A stretch of 56,149 nt of DNA, filler included, from Sphacelaria rigidula (taxonomy: Eukaryota): the NCBI GenBank assembly GCA_964200075.2. It is 5 parts of 5 records of this genome, joined end to end, with 100 filler letters (N's around TTAATTAATTAA, not from the genome) between each part and the next. Parts side by side here need not be neighbours in the genome. Positions count along the whole stretch, not along the records: positions 45,004 to 56,149 come from CAXNAA020005324.1; 4 more parts are not named here. The stretch is one strand, 5' to 3'. The position numbers and the translations under genes were made by a program. The notes under the pieces are model-generated. The model ran no database searches. It saw only the letters and a list, made by a program, of their open reading frames with translations, and was not told the origin of the DNA. Below are positions 46,340 to 56,149 of the stretch, piece after piece (the first letter of the stretch is position 1; each line of letters starts with the position of its first letter).

Positions 46340-49300
46340 CTGATGCTGGACACAAATTGTCGGAGCTTTTTTCTTGCGAGAGACTTAGTGCCAAACTGCC
46401 TGATGTGGTACTGCAGCAGGAAGCGGTCGAGACGGTGGTGCTTCCGCCTCTTTCCTGTGGCTAGGTGTCCCTCGTTCTTTTCCAAGACTAGCATTTTTGC
46501 TTCCACCTACATGCCAACATACGCGGAATATACCAGTATGCTGAGCACTTTGCAGGCCTGGGGTGAGTGAGGCGGCTGGGGCGGGATACTCATGATTTTG
46601 CATGCCGTAGTCATGAGACTATTGACCTAACATCCCCACAAAGCCCGGACGGAACACGCCGGGTTTCCCCTAGACCAGGCTCGCAATCAATCACTAAGTG
46701 CGAAGCGTCGCGATACGCTCGGCGAGTCGCACGACGAGTGGGCTGCATCCTGCTGAGATTGTTCCGCCCAAAGCGTACTGATCATCTTGCATAGTGATGA
46801 CAGCCTCGAACGAGTTGCTTCACTTTTTGGTATCGCCACTTCCAGAGACAGCCACGGGTTACACCGCGTCATGGTCGTCTCGCTATTTAAACACCACGTA
46901 GTACGATAATTCCCTTTGCGCGGAGTTGAGGTTCTCAGCCCCGCACAATTTGATCTAACTCGACCACCATCGTGGTTACCGCTTGCGGAAAAAAAAAACG
47001 GTTGCCTGTTTGCCTAGCTTACGCCGTAGGTGGCACGTTTTACGGCGTCGTTGCCAACCGACGCCAAGCCTAAAGATGGGAGAGGGGAAGTCGGAATTGA
47101 GCCGAACGACTTACGAAGCGACGGGGGAATGTCATGACCTCATCGCTTTCTGAAACTCATTTCTGGTGAGTACTAGCAACATGTTCGTAAAATTAGGAAC
47201 GCATTTTATTCGAAACGGGAAGCTTTTTTATTATTTACAACAAGACAGTCGGATCGTCCGAAATGGTTGTAACCCCCCTGGAAGTCCGCCGTCTCACGGG
47301 AGTTTTGTCAATCAGATTTGAAATCGGCGATGCCTTCCATGAGATACGACCGAAAACGTGCAATGTTTTTTTTTTGGACACACTGATCCTCATAGCTCGG
47401 CACTGACCACGTCGATTTTGATTTATTTGCACCAAAGTTCCCGTCAGATCCCGGGCGTTCAGGGGGGTGACGACCTTTTCGAACCATTTGTTCGTCTTGG
47501 TGTAAATCGCGAGAAAAATCCCATTCCGGAAAAAAGATTATTCCTAATCTCACGAATATGTTTACTGTAGAGTACTCATAACGGGTAGAGGTTGAGAACC
47601 ATGATGAGCACAGGATGTTCCTCGAAATTGGATACGCCTCATCGCTGTGAATTGTCGGCACGGTTGAGTAAGTTGTAGCCGCTGAAATATGTTTTGACCT
47701 TGCGCTGAATCGGAGTCCAGAGAAAATTCAAGTAGGCGGTAGCTCACCTGTGCTTTGGCCTTGTATATCTTGGCAATAGTGACCAATAGTTTGTCCACCT
47801 GAGGGCACAGTCACAATATGCACAAGTGAGAGCATAGGTTGATATCGGGGGATCAAACAAGGCCGTGACCATGCCCACACCACAACCGTAGTTTTGAGGA
47901 AATGAACACGCGCCTGCCTCATATCACATTCCTACCTCGAATCACTGCACACGACACGGTCTTGGATGAACGTACAACATCCTTCTAGGATATGGATATT
48001 CATTCGCGATATAGATATCCATCTGGGATATCCATCTGGTCTGTCAGATCGACACAGAACCCATCTGGGATATTCTGCCTCAGGCTTAGGGGATAGAGAT
48101 AGAGCTAAGGTTAGAGTGGGAGCTAGAGTCAAGTTTCACTTTGGGCATCCCAGGTAAATGGCCTTATCCCAGGTCGGTGTCCATCTCAGGTATCTCTGAC
48201 AGACGTCCCAGATGGATATCGCAGATAGATATCGCAGATGGATATCGCAGATGGATATCGCAGATGGATATCGCAGATGGATACCGCAGATAGATATCGC
48301 AGATGGATACCGAGGAGAGACGGGCTGATCCCTTGAGACCACGGACTCGTCCCGAGGAAGGGGAATGGTTCAAAGTGCGACAAATACAAAAAAGAAATGA
48401 AGAAGACAAAATATATTAACATCCCCGATGGAGTTTGCACGATACTGCAGAGCTTCCGCACGCGAGGACAACCTGTTTCGGGTGTATTTTGGAATGATCC
48501 GAGAGCTTGCGTTGGCATAGGCACGAAGGTGTCGATATGCCGGCATTTACCTTGTGTGTCGCTTGGGGCCTTTGTACATCGTCATCGCCATGTACGACTG
48601 TCGAGTCCCCCGTAGCTCTTAAGGCGTTGTAGAACGCGCAATGCATTTTGGTAGGGTACTGGCGGACAACTGGCCTACACGATTGTTGTGTACAGCTGGC
48701 AAGAAAGTAGCCACCGGGAAGCCGTGTTTTGGTACAGCTTCTGTGACGTGTGGTAATTTAGGTATTGCCTTCCCGCTTGAAAATAAATGCAGTCATAATT
48801 TTTATTCACTTCCCTACAGATGAAGGTGCAACGAGTACGATCGTACCTTCATGTAATTCTGTTTTTTTCTCCCCTTTTTGATGTACTGATAAAAGCCGTG
48901 ATTTGACCCCCTAGCCATGACGATTGCCATGGATATGGCCTTGCTCCACCGGCGCCTTGCGATTTCCTGCTTCCGTGCTTTCACCATGTGGGCTGAGGTT
49001 ACAACTTACCACAGTGACACCCGTCCGGAGTACAAAGTCGAACGGTTGGAGGCAAGAAACATCGCGCGATGTCAACACTCGACGGCACGAGTTTTAGGCA
49101 TGAAAATCACAATATTTTGCATTTCTGCCAATATTGACTACGACTTGCATCGATGCGCTAAGGCAGTACGGAGCAGCAAAGGAAACGAAGCCGCACAACT
49201 GTACATCCACAACCGTTTCTTACGTTGCCGATCCTGCCCTCTTGCTTCAAATAGCGTTACGGTGTACTTATGTCGTGATTAATTGATGTACGATGCTTTT

Positions 49301-52300
49301 AGTCTGTGGAACAAGGCCACGGGAATGCAATGTTTTGACCATGTCAGATCACAAAGTATTTGAAAAATGAGCATGTACACACCCTACGTAGGATGGCCTC
49401 TAGGATAAGCTCATATTACCACGTACTGCAGACACGTTCCAAGGTTCTGAAGGGGCAAGTGGAGTCATGCATCTACTACAAACGACGTGGAGGCTATTCT
49501 CACCGTGTTCATCGTCCATGGAGTCTCGTTGGTCTATGGGCCTTGCGAAGGAGCGGATCGTGTACAACCGTCTGTCACCTGTTCCTTCAGTCGCTGGGTT
49601 TTCCTCTTCGCTTTTGTTTTCGTCTTCGTCTTCTCTGAGTGCCAAGACATCCGCAGCAAAACAGGGCGTCCTCTTAATACAGGTGTTGCGAGCATGCTAG
49701 GTACGGCGTGTGATTAATACTGTCAGCCTGGTACCCATAGCGAGACTTGTCGCGAGTGTGATCGCGTACCGAAACGCTTTCCATGCGCAGTTTTCTAGGA
49801 TGGATATTTAATCATCTCATGTCCGCGGACTTCTTGCGCAGTCGCACGAATGGAGACTTACAGCCTGATCGGGCAATGGCTAGCAACTGCCGCGTGCAAC
49901 TGCCACCTAAGAATCTTGATTGACCAAGCAAAATATAAGAACTAGCATTCAGGCGCGCAAGCAACATGTGTGTTGTAATTCAACGTTTAGGCTACCATGA
50001 AGCAGCCTACCGCTCGTTGAGCTCGTCCATCGTGAGGGCCACTTTGGTGATGCGGGGATCGTAGCGGATCTCGCTGTTTGATTTCCAGCAAAGGCTGCCA
50101 ATCCGAGGTACAACCTGCATGAAACAGACCACACACCACTACTGTCAGCTGAAAAAAAAACTTCTTCATTGAATAATGAGCACTCATCCAATTGATCACT
50201 GACAATCATTTTCCGTGAGGGAGAAAACAGCTTGGCGGTTTCGTCAACAATTGCCTTGAGTTACTAGTTTTACTGTACCTTTGTCATTCCGTTTATGATG
50301 AAGTCGAAAAGGTTCACGTATTCCTGCTCTTCAGTTGTCTCCGTCCAAATGTCTACAAGCTCGAACATTGAGTTCTCGAACCTAGTGGTTGCGCAATTGA
50401 CGCACAAAAAGAAAACACAAGATGTATGGGCCGGTCACGATGCCATCCTGATATGACGTGTTGCTACTAAACACCGCTGTTGCGTACGGACTTTATGACT
50501 AGTACTAGGGTAAATGCTTGCCAGCCCAACGCCTGAGGAGAATATAAGCTGACACCAGTTACTGGCCACGAACTCTCGAATCGGTGTGTCCGCAAGTCCA
50601 TGGTGAGCAATGAGGTTGTAAAACAAAGTTGTATCGGCCTTGAGCTGAGCTGTCCCCTTTCGCGACACAGAAGCATGCCGGGTGCGGCAGGCGTGTCCCA
50701 TCACGCTAACAACTCTCCGTATGACGTACGATAGTTGTCAAGAAAACATGAATGACGACAAAGAGGCCACACCTGGCCTAGTGCACCACAACATTGACGC
50801 GCGGTTGAGGCGTACTCCCAATATACGTACTGTATGGCGGAAGCCATGTTGGAAGTAACGCATGCAAAGAATGGTGTCCAGCACGCCTATATCTTATCAT
50901 AGCCAGGCGGTCCGTCCTATCCGTGTAAGGGTCATGATCGCTCACCTCTCGAAGTTCATGGCGACGTGCCCTCCGTTATCTTTTTCCCAGTCCTTCAAGG
51001 CGTTAGACATGGCTTTCGACAAATCCACAGGGGGATACACGATCAAAATGTGAAGCTTCACCTGCGACAGAGGAACAAATCGCGCGATCGTCAATTCTTC
51101 GTCCAAACAACGCTATAGTCGGGCATACCCGCCGTCCAGGCCGATCCTGACAAACGAGAGCATGATTGATTTGATTTGAGTGATTGATTGTCGCACTTGT
51201 ACTGACCCCCAGGGGTCCAGCCGTGGTCTCATGATAGATGTACCCAACAACACGAAACTGAAACACGCTCTAAGGAAAAGAAAAAAAAAAGAACAGAGAA
51301 AAAAAGAAAAAAGAGGGGTCGAACAGAACGACATGGCAGACTAAGTCTTGACAAAAAAAAGTAATAAAAAGTCAACACAAGCAAAGCACAGAAAGAAATG
51401 GCCGACCTCAAAAAAAAAGAAGGAAAACAAGAGAAAAGTACAAAGCAAATAAAATAAAATACAATGAAACGAAGGGGAAAAAAGGAGGAAAAAGAAGAGG
51501 CCTAAGGGATTCCGGGTAGCAGAGTAGATACAGACATACACCAGTGGGTACCGCAGAGCCACCGAATAAGGACATAATCAACAACCGATAAGAGAGGACA
51601 GGAATTCTCGAATGGCAGCCCTCGACGCAGCAGCCTCTCGCTTGTGACGGCGGTCTGATGCTTGCTTGTCCGCGCGTCGCTACGTATCCTCAAACTCTTC
51701 CGCTCCCTCTTCGACTCCAATATGCCATTCGCCCAGGTCCTTCGCCGCAGTGACCCAATCGTATGAATCGTTAACCTCTACACCGTAGACGAACCACTTT
51801 CGTCGGGCTCCTTCGTGCGGGACAGCCCCTAGCGCACGTAGGTTCTCCTGTAGGGTATCCTCCCATTGCTTGGGGGGACGGCCGACCTCCTTGGCTCCTC
51901 GTGTGGAAAGCCGACCGTTCATGACACGCTTGGGAAGGCGTGTGTCCTTCTGCCGGACAAGGGCTCCCGCGAACCAGAGTTGACGTTTGCGGATAGTCGT
52001 CTCGATACGTTCGCCGTTGGTCATCTCGAGCACCGCTCTGTACGAAAAAATCTTGTAGCCATTTCGATTGTTCCTGCGGAATCCAACCACTCGCAGCAAG
52101 AGCTTGTGATGGGCCGTGCGCAGACTGTCGAAGTCCTCAGAACGTAGCGTCCATGTGGCACGCCCATACAACAGAGCTTCCACCACCTCCGCTTTAAGCA
52201 GTCAAACTTTCAAGGATAGCTCGGCGTTGGGTAGGTTGTAGAGTCAGGAGCTATATTTTTGGATACGCGCCCACACCGCGCTGATACGGTGGTTGATTTC

Positions 52301-55300
52301 GGCTGACATTTACGCATCCGCGCTGATAGCTCCACCAAGGTAGATGGACTCCCCCGTCTGCTTATAACGTTGACCGGCAGCTCTGATATCCAGGGTGGCC
52401 TCCGTGGAACTGGGTACTGACCAAAGGCGCATGGACTCTGTCTTGGTCTCGGAGACCATCAGACCGAATTCCTGGCAGGTCATCACTATCACGGCCATCA
52501 TTCGAGCAAGGCCTTCTGAGGTCTTCGAGGCTATGCCGGCGTCGTCCGCATACAGCATTGCCCACACCGCGCGTCGCACCTTTTCCAGTGGTGTCTCTCC
52601 CACGGGTTCACCACCGACACCGTGTGGAGCATCATCTAGAAAGACCAAGTCTGAGATAATGAGTGGGTCCGCCGCAAACCGCTGGACGATCACTTCCACC
52701 AAGCCTGCTCCGAAGATGTTGAACAACAGACGAAACGCAACCTTGTCTGAGTCCTTGGCAGACGTCGAACCACGCTGATAGTTCGCCACTATGTAGTTGT
52801 ACTCGACCTCGCATGCCGTCGTGAAACACACGGATGATCGTGACCATTCGCAACGGGACTCCGAACCGAGAAGGCACTTCCCACAGGAGCGTGCGGTCTA
52901 CAGAATCATAGGCTTCCTGCAGATCAATAAAGCACATGTTTATTGGGATGTTGCTCGCCCGTCCTAACTCCTGGAGTCGGCGTACTACGAACATCATGTC
53001 TATGGTCGATCTTTTGCGCATAAATCCGCACTGCTCTTCCGGGAAGACATCTGTTTCCTCACAAACATTACCAAGCCTGTTGGCTACGATTTTGAGGAGA
53101 ACTTTAGCAGTATGTGCCACAAGTGAAATGCCTCTGTAGTTACTACACTGGATCCTATCTTGTTGTTCGTGTAGCACTTTGATGGTGACATCTTTCCATT
53201 CTTGCGGCACCTCGCCAATTCTCCAAACCGCAGCGACGATGTCGTGGAAGTTATACAAAATGTCCGACGCCTCCTCGTTGAGTCCAAGCTTCGGGATTTC
53301 AGCAGGAATACCATCCGGATCGGTTTCTTTGCCGTTCGACATAGCTCTCAGAGCCTCCATAGTTTCACTTGGGCTTGGTGGGTTTCCCAGTGACAACGCT
53401 ATTGGTCGTTGAGAAATCTTCTCGATGATGGTGCGGTCGACAGTTGCCGATATGGCGTTCAGCAATGTAGAAACGTATCGTTCCCATCTCCCACTGATCA
53501 AACCTCTGTCCCGCAGTAAATTGCCGTCCTCATCTCGTATGTACTGTTCACTCTCGATTGGTCGTTCTGACAGTCTCCACCCTCCGTTGAGATGTCTGTA
53601 CCATCCTCTCATGTCCCCCGCTCGAGTATACCATGACACAAAGCAAATCATCAGAAAAGTCAAACCAAAGAGAGGAACGTCCAAACTACAAACGCTTGGC
53701 TTACCATGATCTCAAGAAAGTTCCCTTTCGAGACTAAACCTTCTCCTGCTTCTTCGCTCTGATCCGCAGTTGCTACGTCCCACAGCGTTTTAATCTTAGC
53801 CTGAACGGTAAAACGGGCCGGCAAACAGGACGCCGAAGCTGAAATCGAAATTGAATGAACACAGCACACGCAGGATACAAATGGACAGAGATAAGCATAC
53901 CGCATCCAGCGTGGGCATTCAACACAGAGAAGCACACAATGAAAGTAGAGTAAGCGCAAACGAAACACTGATGTATGCCCCATCGTGTATGCGATTTGTG
54001 GAAGGCAACCTAGAAAGAAAGTATTCCGGGAACGCGAATAGTCTCAAATTGTCGCAAAATTATTACACTGTTGTGTCAATCATTCACATGCCGGGTTCCG
54101 CAGTAGACGTTTCGAACACCTCGAGGTCATACCGTGACCGTCCCGAAGAAACTCGACAACCCAGGTTTTCGATATTGGCATGGACCAGTCTACCAGTCAG
54201 GCACTCGGACCTTGTGCTCAAGAGCAGCTTATTGGGGGCTTCTACTATCGCAACGAGCATAATCACACTTCTCTCCTCACGACCTGACCTCTTCTCGTAA
54301 ATCCGCTTGCACTCGAAAGGGGCCCACCCAGCTCAGACACTATCCAAGTCCTTCTGAACATAAAACCGCGTACAAGTCTCACGCTGCAAAAGTTGAAAGT
54401 GGACGCACTTGACAGGATACGGCAAGATGCCGTGAACATTATCAGCGGATTGATACCTGTATGGCCTCGGATCTCCTCAGGCGCCTTCTCTTTTTCTGGT
54501 TTTCAGGGGAGTACATGTCCAGATCGCCCTGCTGAAAGGTGGAGTGTTCCCCCGCGGTATCCTTTTTCGTCGACTGCTCGCGCGGCACAGTGTCCCCACC
54601 CGATGCCAGTACATACTCCGAGGTCAAGAGGTTGTGCGCTCGGCACCGCTCCCTCGAAAACACCTGACCAAGGATTTAACATGAACAGCGAATGTTTTGA
54701 GATCTTGCTTAAAGCAACCGCGCGACTTAAGGAGCCATTAACTATGTTGTAGTGATCCATCATTTATTGCTGCGACCTCATGCAGCATCCACCCTGCACG
54801 ACTCAATGGCAAAACAAATATACCCCACGATTGAGCACCTGCCATGGTGCAAACTAGCCTATATCCGTGACTAGCGGTTGTTTACTTGACAAACATTCAT
54901 GCTTTGTAGGCAAGCTCATAGAAAAAAATCGCTGTTCCGGCATGGCGTTCAAAGGAGTTCGAAAATGGACAGGTTGTGTACGATTATCACGGTGAGCTCC
55001 CGTCAGCACTGGGCAAGCGCATGAAACACAAGCGAGAAGGCATCTTATAGCCGATTCCCTAGCGCGTAAATTACCACTGTTCTTGCCAAATATTGTTTTA
55101 TCATTGATGTTCGCTCAATATTTTGGTACACGTAATGCTATTACAAACAAACAGCGGACGACTGACTATTCCGAAAGCCACCAAGAGTGGAGGTGAAGAT
55201 TAGTCCTTTATTGCTTCCGAATGTATCACTTCCAGATTCCACGTTTTCGGGTTACGATAAACTCAGGGCATCCCGACAAAATCATACTGTGGTCTGAACA

Positions 55301-55536
55301 ACGAATGCTTGCTCTAGGTTTACCCTTCAAGCTTCGCCGTCCTTACGTCCATCTGCCCCCCTTTTTCCTGTCATCCGACATGAAGACCAAATCTCACCGG
55401 GGTGTCAAAGCGTATCTTGAGACTTCGACTGATGCGCGCGGGTCCAATCTGCCAAAGTTAATGGCTGGCTCACCTGCATTCCTGATACGTAGGCGATTGT
55501 CCGTAATCTGGCCCATTGAACTCTGGCCCGTTTGAC
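46340..55536 (-). CDS. Uncharacterised EF-hand-like protein, at least 11 exons, both ends unresolved
   Basis: Phase-consistent GT-AG exons: 55536-55474 (may extend upstream), 54663-54457, 53800-53705, 51061-50946, 50381-50279, 50114-50011, 49634-49504, 48992-48847, 48658-48551, 47798-47748, 46506-46340. The spliced frame is open: QQGDLDMYSPENQKKRRRLRRSEAIQ|AKIKTLWD..EGLVSKGNFLEIM|VKLH..KDWEKDNGGHVAMNFER|FENSMFELVDIWTETTEEQEY..RQFGTKSLARKKL. Confidence 0.82.
47985..48312. repeat. Hairpin-type element with a degenerate telomere-like core and a 13-bp tandem array (8 copies, 48209-48312)
   Basis: GATATCCATCTGG..GTCTGTCAGA is inverted against TCTGACAGAC..CCAGATGGATATC. Unit CAGATGGATATCG. The centre reads GGCTTAGGGGATAGAGATAGAGCTAAGGTTAGAG. 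Confidence 0.8.
51165..53635 (-). mobile_element. 5'-truncated RTE-type LINE (reverse transcriptase, frameshifted), sense-oriented in a host intron
   Basis: VPQEWKD, NYRGISL, PEEQCGF, FIDLQEAYDSVDR, GLRQGC, LYADD, YLG and GRPPKQW across ORFs 53684-52632, 52831-52310 and 52186-51680. U-rich 3' UTR and (TCAA)n tail. Confidence 0.93.
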
Positions 55537-56149
55537 CTGCTTCCCACCACCGGAGTCAGGGATACTGGTTTTTGAGAGCCCAGTAACGTCAGGTTCTGCT
55601 TGCATCAAACACCCACCGGTCAAACCTGCAAGAACCAAACGGACACGGAAAGGGTAGAAGCAGCTAAACGTTCACCTACCCAGTGCAGATACTGCAACGC
55701 AAAGCCGATTCGCTTTACGAAGCAGCCACAAGAGGCGGGTCCTTGAGGCTTTACTTTGATATGACTTATGCGTAGGAAGTTGACTTTGAAGCTTACCATC
55801 AGATGAGGAAAATAGAAGAAAAAAAGGCATATCCTGGCCAGCAGAAGATCAAGACACACGGAAAATATTCTTCCCGTCCAGGGAAGGTAAGAAGTGGGTC
55901 ATAACAGCTCGCCAGCAGCCAGCAGCATACAACAACAAATTGTGCGAATTGATGTTAAACTCCAAGATGAGGCTCAAGCCTATAACAGTGCTTTCCCCAC
56001 ACTTTCAGCGATGGTGCCCAATGACGTTTTTGTCGGCCTAATGCCCCTCGATCGCGTAGATACTTTTTCAGCGACAATCAGGGAAAATGACGGTTTCGGT
56101 CAGCGCTGTAAGCTCACAGAGTCGGTGAATTGCGCTGAAGAAGTATCTA

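Noticed and set aside
50435..50900. Extra exon-like frames within the EF-hand-like gene
   Set aside because: Exons 51061-50946 and 50381-50279 join directly in phase and restore the continuous MNFER-FENSMFEL motif.

Overview
Eukaryotic, intron-rich, transposon-dense DNA, probably from a brown alga or another stramenopile (inferred from gene structure and TE style, not proven). The window is not one locus. Four identical 100-bp linkers (44 N + TTAATTAATTAA + 44 N) join five pieces of 11152, 11152, 11151, 11148 and 11146 bp, which is what size-sorted concatenated scaffolds look like, so nothing is adjacent across a linker. Piece 1 holds a decayed, multi-exon, minus-strand gene resembling a KDZ (Kyakuja-Dileera-Zisupton) transposase with a repetitive acidic tail, plus MITE-like repeats and a 142-bp hairpin. 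Piece 2 holds a ~2.2-kb foldback with nested MITEs and the first five exons of a kelch-repeat gene. Piece 3 holds a degenerate full-length chromodomain Ty3/Gypsy element inside a long-TIR element. Piece 4 holds stacked MITEs, hAT-like and Copia remnants, and a piggyBac-like MITE. Piece 5 holds at least 11 phase-consistent exons of an EF-hand-like uncharacterised gene with an RTE-type LINE in one intron. I found no convincing novel system. The best leads are the KDZ-like element and the giant foldback.
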